Notes: generated by a model not told the origin, from the sequence alone. A stretch of DNA of 64,000 nucleotides from an uncultured Thiomicrospira sp. (GCA_965195345.1 OZ239628.1:512001-576000), one strand, 5' to 3'; shown: positions 20,601-30,514, numbered from the stretch's first letter. Numbers and translations are program-made.

Positions 20601-20642
20601 ACTATCAATAAAAACCAAGGTTTCTGGGTTTATAAAAGATGA
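17616..20642 (+). CDS. Secreted multidomain S8 (subtilisin-like) serine peptidase
   Basis: Signal peptide, prodomain, triad VIDTG / HGTHV / GTSMASPHVAG, oxyanion AAAGN. Then LLDNG...D...GDGVYS motif, nidogen-like region (DD..IPLPF..NG..YWDDL..IEW), PKD-like (LGDG..HRY..PG), tandem repeat, C-terminal GW..GFWV module. Confidence 0.92.
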   Translation: MMVFKMKRLNAGSIHTKQIQWFFIVLSYALCFFIAPLSYAGEPDRSDNTNQTSALGESSREEDLLPELIIRFKDGVNGSSVVQQLAQTMNISNLEHNKMRVSFINAQVVKMDSQRMQDFIDKISENKDVLSIERNQKYKAKLTVNDPRVGEQWGLTNMNAFGGWDITTGTATQYVGVIDTGIDYNHSDLSSVVWSNPRETAGDGIDNDNNGWIDDIHGLNVVTTNPSNEGDPLDDNNHGTHVTGVIAAATNNSIGIAGLNHNTKIIACKFLDNNGSGSLIGAMICMDYFLNLKRSGVNVVATNNSWGGGGAHSDLMFAAIKAHGDNNIAFIAAAGNSSNDNDQAPAYPASYRLKNVLSVAAIEEQNTLASFSNFGQRRVHIGAPGVSVLSTIRNNGYASYRGTSMASPHVAGLYSLVLSQNPSLSPEQAIARLLAGAQPTSDLLGKTVTGARASALNNVNGGALGCNGRHSYQKLINPVAAIGENVIVPVGVAVNIEYAYFTCDAGSKPSTVTAYLGDRELQLLDNGIGADVEQGDGVYSSSIQYTTEVVESWTFPNGEVLSIEVQGSDYRLVERSFNWIDIDPYRPNNLLLGDDQSTTIPLPFDVDFASSQNFRSLIVNSNGLISGSDLSNFLYINGNLPHSRLSNFTIAAYWDDLRPSAAANVYTATIGSSVGNRQFIIEWRNVPLFLDSSTLFHFQVVFFEASSDVHLNYRNVSENSPLGGGRSSTIGYQKSPRLAQTWSVNTPSIRNNTTLILKSDANDFSISLNSTGVLKVGEEVTFFGNVQNASGSVNIQLDLGDGNIVQRLQNPFTVTHRYSTPGNFIVQAEAIDLLGSREASILSVSIADLSVDEKIERARTELLNSIYAAPENFGLISSVTHQAAVAESIDRARTDLLSSIYANPEDYGLVSSVTYQAVLDQLEAIPASEITSNSIQQLSSGWHLLGSDSRMSDMSVFDSALAVWVYDASNERFNVYSSFPVVRESLLEQGYTLVNTINKNQGFWVYKR
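20178..20381 (+). repeat. Two-copy 102-bp (34-aa) intragenic tandem repeat
   Basis: IERARTELLNSIYAAPENFGLISSVTHQAAVAES / IDRARTDLLSSIYANPEDYGLVSSVTYQAVLDQL; DNA copies start at 20178 and 20280. Confidence 0.92.
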
Positions 20643-20848
20643 AAAATGAAAGATTACTGCTGTTGATTTGGCTTTTTTTTCTTGGCAGTAGTATGTTAGG
20701 ATGTGGCGTGCCACCAGAATCTGAAGAGGCTACTCCAGTTACCAATGCTGATTTGGAAGCATTGGTAAGATTTCCCTCTATAACTTTTAATGATGCATCA
20801 TCTGCAACAGCTCAGGTTGTTATTCCTTTTAACAGCACTATACAATAG
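20639..20848 (+). CDS. Small predicted lipoprotein, translationally coupled to the S8 peptidase
   Basis: ATGA overlap; basic N-terminus, hydrophobic stretch, lipobox MLG-C. Confidence 0.75.
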   Translation: MKNERLLLLIWLFFLGSSMLGCGVPPESEEATPVTNADLEALVRFPSITFNDASSATAQVVIPFNSTIQ

Positions 20849-20885
20849 TATAAATTCTAATACGTGTAGGCATTTGCAAAGCTAT

Positions 20886-22220
20886 CTACCAAGATAAAGA
20901 GCCGCTTGATTGATACTCAGTAACTCTCGTTTCAAAGAAGTTTTTTTCCTTTTTTAAGTCAATAACTTCACTCATCCAAGGCATTGGGTTCGTTGCTCCA
21001 GGAAACTGCTCTGCTATGCCTAACTGTTTGCATCGACGATTGGCAATAAAATGTAAATAACTCTCTATGGTTTTGGAATTTAGTCCTAATATTCCATTGG
21101 GCATGGTATCTTTAGCATAATCAACTTCCAATTCAATGGCCTCGTTCAGCATCTTGAGAATTTCTTTTTCAAACTCAGCATTCCAAAGCCCAGGATTTTC
21201 ATTGCGTATTTGGTTAATAGCATCAATGCCAAAATTAAAGTGAACCGACTCATCACGCATGATATATTGATATTGTTCAGCTATACCAACCATCTTGTTA
21301 CGTCTTCCAAGCGATAAAACTTGAGCAAAACCAGTATAGAACCACAGCGATTCCATGCAGACGTATAAAGCAAATAAATTGCGCGTAAAACGTCTTTTAT
21401 TTGCAAGAGTATCGGTATTAAATGCACCATCCTCCATTTCTTTTGTATGTTGAAATGCCCATGCGGCTTTATCATGCACCGATGGGATTTGTGTATACAT
21501 GCTGAAAATTTCACTCTGATTCAAGCCAAGGCTTTCAACGATGTATTGAAAAGTATGAGTATGAAGCGCCTCTTCAAAAGCTTGACGCAACAAATATTGA
21601 CGACATTCTGGATTGCTTAAATGCCGATAGACAGAGAAAATAATATTATTGGCAACTAAGGACTCGCTTGAAGAGAAAAAGCCGAGATTGCGCTTAATCA
21701 TCAATCGTTCATCTTCCGTTAGCCCGTTAGGAGAACGCCATAATTCAATGTCTTTAGTCATTGATACCTCGGTTGGCATCCAATGATTGGCACATCCTGC
21801 AAGATATTTATCCCATGCCCAGTGGTACTTGATAGGTACTAATTGATTTAGATCCGCTCTAGAATTTAGCATGGATTTCTCATCTATCCTTACATGAGAT
21901 TTTCCCGAACTTTTCATTTCTATAGGAGAGTCTGGTTTTTCAGTAGTACTGGTGGGAGACTGAAGCGCGCTTGAGTCAACATTTATTTGAGCCTCTTTAT
22001 TTCCACTAGTGTCATCCTCATCAAGAACAATATTCAACATTTGGTCAAGTAGATTACTGTCTTTCAATGGGGCAGATTGAATTTGCTCATCCGCTTTTTC
22101 GTATTCTGGCGTGTCTCCTTTCATTGCCTGATCAATTAAATCGTGAAACTTAGAAGCATTTAGCATAGAACCGTTTTCTTCCTCATTTGATATTATATTG
22201 TTGTCCCATTTTTTCATCAT
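20886..22220 (-). CDS. nrdB: Ribonucleotide reductase beta subunit, class Ic-like (R2c) signature
   Basis: NHWMP.E, EE..H, E, DE..H dimetal ligands, [14 protein letters not shown] tail; Glu186 and Phe224 at diagnostic positions. Confidence 0.95.
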   Translation of the reverse strand: MMKKWDNNIISNEEENGSMLNASKFHDLIDQAMKGDTPEYEKADEQIQSAPLKDSNLLDQMLNIVLDEDDTSGNKEAQINVDSSALQSPTSTTEKPDSPIEMKSSGKSHVRIDEKSMLNSRADLNQLVPIKYHWAWDKYLAGCANHWMPTEVSMTKDIELWRSPNGLTEDERLMIKRNLGFFSSSESLVANNIIFSVYRHLSNPECRQYLLRQAFEEALHTHTFQYIVESLGLNQSEIFSMYTQIPSVHDKAAWAFQHTKEMEDGAFNTDTLANKRRFTRNLFALYVCMESLWFYTGFAQVLSLGRRNKMVGIAEQYQYIMRDESVHFNFGIDAINQIRNENPGLWNAEFEKEILKMLNEAIELEVDYAKDTMPNGILGLNSKTIESYLHFIANRRCKQLGIAEQFPGATNPMPWMSEVIDLKKEKNFFETRVTEYQSSGSLSW

Positions 22221-22226
22221 ATTCTC

Positions 22227-25055
22227 CTATTGACAGGCTTCACAGTCTGGGTCCAGTATGCTGCATACTTTTGGTGCGTTATCCAATGTAACACCATTTA
22301 GTTTGCCGTCATTTTCTAAAGTGCTTTTCTCAATAGATGTTGCACCCATTGAGCGTAAGTAATAAGTTGTCTTTAATCCTTTAACCCAAGCCAATTGATA
22401 GGTTTCATTCAATTTTTTACCATCTACGCCAGCAATGTAGATATTCAATGACTGTGCTTGATCAATCCACTTCTGACGTCGTGAACCACATTCAATTAAC
22501 CAAGAAGGCTTTATTTCGAAGGCAGTGGCATAGATGTTTTTTAAATACTCGGGTACTCGGTCAATTTTTGAAATCTCACCATCGTAAAATTTAAGATCAT
22601 TCACCATAGAATCATCCCACAGCCCTTCTTTTTTCAAATCGTTAACCATCATTGGATTGATGATGGTGAAATCACCAGAAAGATTTGATTTGACGTAAAG
22701 ATTCTTGTAGGTTGGGTCTATTGAAGGGCTGACTCCACAAATATTGGCTATGGTTGCTGTAGGAGCTATGGCCATGGTATTTGAGTTACGCATACCAACA
22801 GTTTTTACTCGTTCGCGCAAAGCGTTCCAATCCATTGTTTGACTATTATCTTGTTTTAACATGCCATTACGAGCTTGTCTAAGCATTTCAATGGAGTCAA
22901 TCGGCAGTACTCCTTTTGACCAGAGCGAGCCTTCATAACTTGAATATACGCCTCGCTCTTCAGCTAAATTAGAAGAAGCCTTTATTGCAAAATAACTGAC
23001 AGCTTCCATAGAAGAGTCTGAGAAATCGACGGCTTCTTCACTGTTATACGGAATACGCAACTTATATAATGTGTCGTGAAATCCCATTATGCCCATGCCT
23101 ACTGGTCTGTGACGCAAATTAGATACTTCAGCTTTTTTCACGCTGTAGTAGTTGTATTCAATCACATTATCAAGCATGCGCATTGCAGTATTAATGGTGC
23201 GTTCTAATTTGGCGTGGTCAATCTTTCCATCCTCAGTGATATGCTGAGTTAGATTTATACTACCAAGGTTGCAAACTGCAATTTCTTCGGCGTTTGTATT
23301 GAGGGTAATTTCTGTACATAAGTTGGAAGAATGAACGACACCAGCATGTTGTTGAGGAGAGCGAATATTACATGGATCTTTGAAAGTAATCCAAGGATGT
23401 CCCGTTTCAAAAAGCATCATTAATATACGCCGCCATAAATCTTCTGCTATGACTGTTTTGTGTGAAATTTCATTTCTTTCAGCCATAGCTTCATATTGAC
23501 AATACCGTGCTTCAAATTCCTTACCGTATAGGTCGTGCAAATCTGGGGCATCACTGGGTGAAAATAACGTCCATGATTTATTATTCATAACACGCTGCAT
23601 GAATAAATCAGGTATCCAATTGGCGGTGTTCATGTCATGAGTACGTCGACGATCGTCTCCAGTGTTTTTTCTTAAATCCAAAAACTCCTCTATATCGAGA
23701 TGCCACGTTTCTAAGTAAGCACAAACGGCGCCTTTACGCTTGCCTCCTTGGTTAACAGCAACGGCTGTATCATTAGCTACTTTTAAAAATGGCACAACGC
23801 CCTGTGATTTGCCGTTTGTACCTTTTATTCGCGAGCCCATGGCTCGTACTGCTGTCCAATCATTACCAAGTCCGCCTGCAAATTTTGACAGCAAAGCATT
23901 TTCCTTTATGCCTTCGTATATGCCGTCAAGGTCGTCGCCAATGGTCGTTAGATAGCACGAAGAAAGTTGAGGCTTCAAAGTACCTGAGTTAAACAGTGTT
24001 GGGGTAGAGCTCATAAAGTCAAAGGATGAAAGCAAACGATAGAACTCAATTGCCTTAGCAGTTTTCTGTTCTTCATTAATAGCAAGCCCCATGGATACGC
24101 GCATAAAAAATGCTTGTGGCAATTCAATGCGAGTGTCTTTACTATGTATAAAGTAGCGGTCGTATAAAGTCTGTAATCCTAAGTATGTGAATTGAAAGTC
24201 CCGTTCTGGGAGGAGGGCTTTGCCCAACACCTCAAGATCGAAATCTTCGGCTAGTCTAGGATCAAGTAATTCAAGTGCTACGGCTTTTTGAATATACTTT
24301 GGGAATGATTGAACGTAATGTACATCCATTGTTGATTGATCGATGTATACAAGTTCCTCATATAAATAACTTAGAGTTTCATGACGGATATTGTCAAGCA
24401 GTAAACGAGCCGCTACGAATGAATAGTTAGGGTCTGTCTCTATTAACGTTCGAGCACTCATAATCATTGCTAAAGACACTTCATCTTCTCGCATACCGTT
24501 GTATAGATTACGTAGCGTTTCATCAATGATTTTTTGTGGCTCTACGTCAGATAAATCAGCACATGCTTCACTAATTATGTGTTTGACACGTGTGATATCA
24601 AGCGGTTTTTCGGTGCCGTCCTTCATATGGACAGTTATATTTATTTCATCTTGACTCTCGTGTAATTGTTCAAGGTTTTTAAGGTTTCGTTCTTGAGCAT
24701 GTTGCTCGCGATAAAGGACGTAAGCTCTCGCTACTTTGTGCTCACCGCTGCGCATTAATGATAGTTCAACCTGATCTTGTATATCTTCTATACTAATGGG
24801 TGTGCCGGGAGCATTTCTGCGCGTTACTGCTGAACAAACTTGAAAGGTTAGCGTATTGATTATTTCTTTTACGCTTTGAGTAGAGTCGTTGGAAATTCCA
24901 TTAATTGCTTTGAAAGCCTTTGCCATGGCTACTGCGATTTTGCTAGGGTCAAACGAAGAAGTTTCGCCGTTTCTTCGCATTACCTTGTGCTTACTCCAAC
25001 TTGATAACTGCTCGGTGTCGATGGGTGCGGGGGATGGATTGATAATTTGGATCAT
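22227..25055 (-). CDS. nrdA: Ribonucleotide reductase alpha subunit with two N-terminal ATP cones
   Basis: TPTLFNSG, LSSC, SNLCTEI, VCNLGS, APTATI, GLKTTYY, C-terminal CSILDPDCEACQ. Confidence 0.97.
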   Translation of the reverse strand: MIQIINPSPAPIDTEQLSSWSKHKVMRRNGETSSFDPSKIAVAMAKAFKAINGISNDSTQSVKEIINTLTFQVCSAVTRRNAPGTPISIEDIQDQVELSLMRSGEHKVARAYVLYREQHAQERNLKNLEQLHESQDEINITVHMKDGTEKPLDITRVKHIISEACADLSDVEPQKIIDETLRNLYNGMREDEVSLAMIMSARTLIETDPNYSFVAARLLLDNIRHETLSYLYEELVYIDQSTMDVHYVQSFPKYIQKAVALELLDPRLAEDFDLEVLGKALLPERDFQFTYLGLQTLYDRYFIHSKDTRIELPQAFFMRVSMGLAINEEQKTAKAIEFYRLLSSFDFMSSTPTLFNSGTLKPQLSSCYLTTIGDDLDGIYEGIKENALLSKFAGGLGNDWTAVRAMGSRIKGTNGKSQGVVPFLKVANDTAVAVNQGGKRKGAVCAYLETWHLDIEEFLDLRKNTGDDRRRTHDMNTANWIPDLFMQRVMNNKSWTLFSPSDAPDLHDLYGKEFEARYCQYEAMAERNEISHKTVIAEDLWRRILMMLFETGHPWITFKDPCNIRSPQQHAGVVHSSNLCTEITLNTNAEEIAVCNLGSINLTQHITEDGKIDHAKLERTINTAMRMLDNVIEYNYYSVKKAEVSNLRHRPVGMGIMGFHDTLYKLRIPYNSEEAVDFSDSSMEAVSYFAIKASSNLAEERGVYSSYEGSLWSKGVLPIDSIEMLRQARNGMLKQDNSQTMDWNALRERVKTVGMRNSNTMAIAPTATIANICGVSPSIDPTYKNLYVKSNLSGDFTIINPMMVNDLKKEGLWDDSMVNDLKFYDGEISKIDRVPEYLKNIYATAFEIKPSWLIECGSRRQKWIDQAQSLNIYIAGVDGKKLNETYQLAWVKGLKTTYYLRSMGATSIEKSTLENDGKLNGVTLDNAPKVCSILDPDCEACQ

Positions 25056-25174
25056 AGCTCTCTTAATTAAAAAGTGAAAATTTTATTTAAAATGTTTGAT
25101 TACATCTAACTCTTTTTTACTTTGTTTTTCATATATTTTATAGAGAACTCTTGCTTATCTGTAAAATATTGAAA

Positions 25175-25222
25175 ATACTACATATTGTGGTTTGTTGTTA
25201 AAAAAAATACTAAATGTTGTAG
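25175..25222. promoter_or_regulatory. Tandem NrdR boxes
   Basis: ATACTACATATTGTGG (25175-25190) and ATACTAAATGTTGTAG (25207-25222) match acaCwAtATaTwGtg, 32 bp apart, just downstream of the nrdA promoter. Confidence 0.88.
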
Positions 25223-25232
25223 ATCAGCGCAT

Positions 25233-25260
25233 ATTATGCATCATAATGGTGGTATGTCAA
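25233..25260 (-). promoter_or_regulatory. Sigma-70 promoter of nrdAB
   Basis: TTGACA-N16-CATAAT on minus strand, immediately upstream of the NrdR boxes. Confidence 0.65.
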
Positions 25261-25619
25261 GCACTGTTTTAACAGATTGTTTACGAAGCGCTATTTACCA
25301 GTAAAAAATAAATAAATATTTTTTTACTGGCTTTTTTGCATTCTGCAGAAGTCGGTGGAAAAGGTTGTTAATATGTATGGGAGGGTGAGAATTTCATATG
25401 AATAACCTCTTACCGTATAGTAAGTGAAATGGCTTGTATGGATTATCAAAAAGAGGAGTTGCTCAATGTAACTCGTGCCAATTAATAACCCAACGAGCGC
25501 TTGTTCCTACTGAATAAAATACTTTTAATGGAAGTTTTTTTCAAATCGGCACGCCGAGGCGCACGCGTGTCCCAGAAATTTTATGGATTAGGGGTCGGAT
25601 GTGGTTTTGAAATACAGCC

Positions 25620-25662
25620 AAAAATACCCTTGCACCAATCACTGAAGGACAAGGGTATTTTT
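25620..25662 (-). terminator. Terminator-like inverted repeat downstream of ilvC
   Basis: AAAAATACCCTTG-N17-CAAGGGTATTTTT, 11 bp past the ilvC stop. Confidence 0.7.
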
Positions 25663-25673
25663 GTAAGGCTTTT

Positions 25674-26720
<1,047 letters not shown>

Positions 26721-26747
26721 TTAAAATATTTTAGGTTATATGTGTAT

Positions 26748-27245
26748 TCACGGGTTTAGTGATTTGCTTCCGCGTTGTATTCCTAGAACGCCAGAACGAA
26801 CCGTCTCAAAAACAATCCCATCATCAAGACTCTGTAAAAAAGCATTGAGTTTTTCATAAGTTCCCAGAATTTGAATGGTATATGTTTGCTGCGTAACGTC
26901 AATTATTTGACCTCGAAAAATATCCGTCAACCGTTTTACTTCCTCTCGATCAGAAGGTTTGGAAGTGTCTACTTTAATAAGCATCACTTCACGTTCAACA
27001 TGACGACTTTGCGTAAGATCGACGACTTTAATGACATCAATTAGTTTGTTAAGTTGTTTGACAATCTGTTCAATAAATTGGTCGCTACCACTGGTTACTA
27101 AAGTGAGTCGTGAAACACTGAAGTCTTCGGTAGTGGCGACATTTAGTGATTCTATATTATAGCCACGCGCTGAGAATAATCCAACTAAACGCGATAAAGC
27201 TCCCGGTTGATTATCCATAAGGACTGAAAGTATATGAGTTGACAT
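26748..27245 (-). CDS. ilvH: Acetolactate synthase small (regulatory) subunit
   Basis: ACT domain N.PGALSR..GLFS.RGYNIESL, QI.KQL.KL.DV, ERE..LIKV. Confidence 0.95.
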   Translation of the reverse strand: MSTHILSVLMDNQPGALSRLVGLFSARGYNIESLNVATTEDFSVSRLTLVTSGSDQFIEQIVKQLNKLIDVIKVVDLTQSRHVEREVMLIKVDTSKPSDREEVKRLTDIFRGQIIDVTQQTYTIQILGTYEKLNAFLQSLDDGIVFETVRSGVLGIQRGSKSLNP

Positions 27246-27255
27246 GATCCCTACC

Positions 27256-28950
27256 TTATTGTAATATCATTTCATCATGTCCTGCACCAGCAGGGATCAT
27301 AGGGAAAACATTCTCTTCACGGTCGGTGATAACGTCAATAAAAACCAACCGATCGCGAAATTTTTCACTGAATGCTTCTGTTAATTTTGGTTGTAAGTCC
27401 TTAGGATCTTCAATACGAATACCGATGTGTCCATAGGATTCAACTAATTGCACAAAGTTTGGTAGTGATGCCATGTAGGACATGGCATATCTGCGCTCAT
27501 AGAAAAACTCTTGCCATTGTCTAACCATACCAAGATAACCATTGTTTAGGCAAAGGATTTTTATCGGAAGGTTATATTGAGAGCATGTGGATAATTCTTG
27601 CAGCATCATTTGAATACTACCCTCTCCAGTAACGCAGATCACTTCGCTATCAGGATGTGCTTTTTTTACCCCCATAGCTGCAGGGAAACCAAATCCCATT
27701 GTACCCAACCCTCCAGAATTGATCCACTGATAAGGTTTTTTGAAATGGTAATACTGTGCAGCCCACATCTGGTGCTGGCCTACATCTGATGTAACATATG
27801 CATCCCCTTTTGTGAGCTCGTATGCCATTTCTATGACCCGTTGTGGTTTAATTTTTGTTTCGGAGGATTTGTAGTCTAAACACTTAGTACTTCTCCATTG
27901 TTCAATTTTTTCCCACCAGTCTTTGATCAAATCTGTATTTATATTTTCGTTTTTTAGGATCTCCAACATATCGGTTAGTACATTATCAACATCTCCGACA
28001 ATAGGGACATCAACTAAAACATTTTTGGCAATACTTGCAGGATCAATATCAATTTGCACGATTTTTGCATTTGGGCAAAATCGTTCCAAATTCCCAGTAA
28101 CACGATCATCAAAGCGTACACCTATGGCGATTAAAACATCGCAATGGTGCATGGCAAGATTTGCCTCGTATGTTCCATGCATTCCAAGCATTCCCACAAA
28201 CTGATTGTCGGTTGCGGGGTAAGCACCCAAACCCATCAAAGTGTTTGTTATAGGGAACTTTAATAATTTTGTTAGCTTTTGCAATTTCTCGCTTGCGTTA
28301 CTCCAGACAGCTCCGCCACCAGTATAAATCATTGGTTTTTCTGCTTGGAGTATCAATTCCACAGCTTTACGAATTTGTCCAATATGCCCTTTAATTGCTG
28401 GTTGATAGGTGCGCATTTCGATATTTTCGGGATACATGAATTCGCACGTATTTGCTGTAATGTCTTTTGGAATATCAATAACTACGGGACCAGGTCTTCC
28501 AGAGCGTGCAATGTGGAATGCTTTTTTAAAGGTCATAGCCAAATCTTTGACATCTTTGACTAAAAAGTTATGTTTAACGACAGGGCGTGAGATGCCGATC
28601 ATATCACATTCTTGAAAAGCATCGTTTCCAATGAGTTCAGACATCACCTGACCAGAAATAACGACCATAGGGATGGAATCCATATGCGCAGTTGCAATAC
28701 CAGTTATTGCATTAGTAGCACCTGGTCCTGAGGTAACCAATACCACACCTACGTTACCAGTTGATCGAGCATACCCATCAGCTGCATGCGTCGCTGCTTG
28801 TTCGTGGCGTACTAATATGTGCTCCACATCTTTTTGTTTATGTAAGGCATCATATATGTGCAAAACAGCACCACCCGGATAACCCCAAACGGTTTCAATG
28901 CCCTCTGCCTTCAATGACTCAACGACGATTTCCGCGCCAGTTAATCTCAC
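27256..28950 (-). CDS. ilvI: Acetolactate synthase large subunit (start GTG 28950 with AGGAG RBS)
   Basis: GYPGG, RHEQ, TSGPGATN, GMHG, RFDDR, DVGQHQ, SGGLGTMG, LGMVRQWQ. Confidence 0.97.
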   Translation of the reverse strand: MRLTGAEIVVESLKAEGIETVWGYPGGAVLHIYDALHKQKDVEHILVRHEQAATHAADGYARSTGNVGVVLVTSGPGATNAITGIATAHMDSIPMVVISGQVMSELIGNDAFQECDMIGISRPVVKHNFLVKDVKDLAMTFKKAFHIARSGRPGPVVIDIPKDITANTCEFMYPENIEMRTYQPAIKGHIGQIRKAVELILQAEKPMIYTGGGAVWSNASEKLQKLTKLLKFPITNTLMGLGAYPATDNQFVGMLGMHGTYEANLAMHHCDVLIAIGVRFDDRVTGNLERFCPNAKIVQIDIDPASIAKNVLVDVPIVGDVDNVLTDMLEILKNENINTDLIKDWWEKIEQWRSTKCLDYKSSETKIKPQRVIEMAYELTKGDAYVTSDVGQHQMWAAQYYHFKKPYQWINSGGLGTMGFGFPAAMGVKKAHPDSEVICVTGEGSIQMMLQELSTCSQYNLPIKILCLNNGYLGMVRQWQEFFYERRYAMSYMASLPNFVQLVESYGHIGIRIEDPKDLQPKLTEAFSEKFRDRLVFIDVITDREENVFPMIPAGAGHDEMILQ

Positions 28951-29109
28951 TTTACTATACTCCTGAAATGATTGACCAACCAATAGTGTTTTTCAACGAC
29001 TTTGGTGTGACAATGTCTGTTTACTGTTGTGCCGCAATTGTATTGGCGGGATTTGAGCCGATTGGGCAATTCGTTTGAAGTGCGGGATAGTTCCTACAAA
29101 CGGACGCAT

Positions 29110-29138
29110 AGTGTACTCAATTAAAGCGGGTTTATCAA
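29110..29138 (-). promoter_or_regulatory. Sigma-70 promoter of ilvIHC
   Basis: TTGATA-N17-TACACT on minus strand, giving a leader of about 150 nt. Confidence 0.6.
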
Positions 29139-29640
29139 CCAAAAAACGCTAAAAACCTATATTTTAAGGTGCTTTTTTGTTCCTTTCATGAATTTCAATC
29201 TATGCTAATAAGTTTCTTGGCAAATGTATCTTCTTTGCGCCAATTATTTTCACACCATGTGTTGGAAATAGTTATTTCGAAAAGACTAAAAAAATCACTT
29301 TAGCCTTAGTCTAACTTATAAAACCACAAGATTAAGTTGTTCTAATAATCAACTGTCCTAAAGAATTGAACTCTTAATTTTATATGTCTTAATTTTTTGG
29401 ATATTGCTTGGATTTAATAAACAAGTAGTACAGCCTATGCGGGATATTTGTTTGTGAGATCATTTATGTAAAGGAAATGAAACATTAGAACGTTCAAAGT
29501 TATATGAAGTGAATGTATTGTTATTGTGTATGCGATTGCAATTTATTTCGACGGAAGGGAACTAATGATAGAATCCGTAGTATTTGACGAATGAGCAGGT
29601 TGAAAGTTTTGGAATTATCCTTTTAAAAGGCGGTTTAAAA

Positions 29641-30372
29641 TTGAATAGAATATTGAGTTTATTGTTTTTAAGTATTTTTTCGGCAGCGGCGTACGCTGAT
29701 TTATGGACGTTCGAAAGCGGAAGTAAGCGCGTTCAGCTTATAGAGCTTTTCACATCGCAAGGATGTTCAAGTTGTCCCCCAGCTGAAAAGTGGATGAATA
29801 ATTTGTTGGATCATCCTGGTTTGTGGGAAAGCTTTGTACCGGTAGCGTTTCACGTTGATTATTGGGATTATTTGGGTTGGAAGGATCCTTATTCAAGGCA
29901 GAAATATAGTAAACGGCAACGTTTACACAGACAGTTTCTTAATGTGAGCTCGGTTTATACTCCGGGTTTTCTAATAAATGGTCGCGAATGGAAAGGTTTT
30001 TTTGTCGGCGATTCTCCTCGTTTTATAAAAGGTGCAGCTCCTAATCTCAAAGTAAGCGTTGATGATAAAAAAATCAAGGTCAAAATGGAAGGCGCAAATG
30101 ATTTATTTACAGTCAATGTGGCGGTGTTAGGGTTTGGTCTTAATGATGCCGTCACAAGCGGTGAAAATGGAGGGCGCCAATTAAAGGGTGAATTCATTGT
30201 GCTTGAATTTAAACAAAGCACTTCTTCGAAAGGTGAATGGGTTGTTAATCTGCCTTCTCGAATCAATATAGGGGAGACAGAGAAGCTAGCACTTGCAGTT
30301 TGGGTTACTGATCCTTTTCAACGACCTATTCAATCCGCAGGACAATGGGCTCCAAAACACTGGATTCAGTAG
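29641..30372 (+). CDS. DUF1223 thioredoxin-like exported protein (likely start TTG 29641)
   Basis: Signal peptide; ELFTSQGCSSCPPA, FHVDYWDYLGWKDP, VYTP, GEN.G..L. Confidence 0.9.
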   Translation: MNRILSLLFLSIFSAAAYADLWTFESGSKRVQLIELFTSQGCSSCPPAEKWMNNLLDHPGLWESFVPVAFHVDYWDYLGWKDPYSRQKYSKRQRLHRQFLNVSSVYTPGFLINGREWKGFFVGDSPRFIKGAAPNLKVSVDDKKIKVKMEGANDLFTVNVAVLGFGLNDAVTSGENGGRQLKGEFIVLEFKQSTSSKGEWVVNLPSRINIGETEKLALAVWVTDPFQRPIQSAGQWAPKHWIQ

Positions 30373-30514
30373 TCGCTATTGAACTCTTCCAAATTATTTT
30401 TTTCGGGTATATGTGAAACACATCTTGAATGGATATGATTTTTGTCGTGATGATTATTTAGACTTTCATGTCAATTGTTAAAAAAATACCCAGTATTAAA
30501 CGGAAATTAAAACT

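Noticed and set aside
20886-22220. R2lox (ligand-binding oxidase) interpretation of the Tyr-less NrdB
   Set aside because: The operon with nrdA, the NrdR boxes and the conserved C-terminal radical-transfer Tyr tail indicate a genuine RNR subunit.
25330-25620. Cobalamin riboswitch upstream of nrdAB
   Set aside because: No B12-box or conserved core seen, and the region lies upstream of the predicted promoter.
28993-29109. 38-codon minus-strand ORF (MRPFVGTIPH..) as an ilv attenuator peptide
   Set aside because: Its ATG abuts the predicted -10 box, so it lies upstream of the TSS; it has no Ile/Leu/Val runs and no terminator follows.
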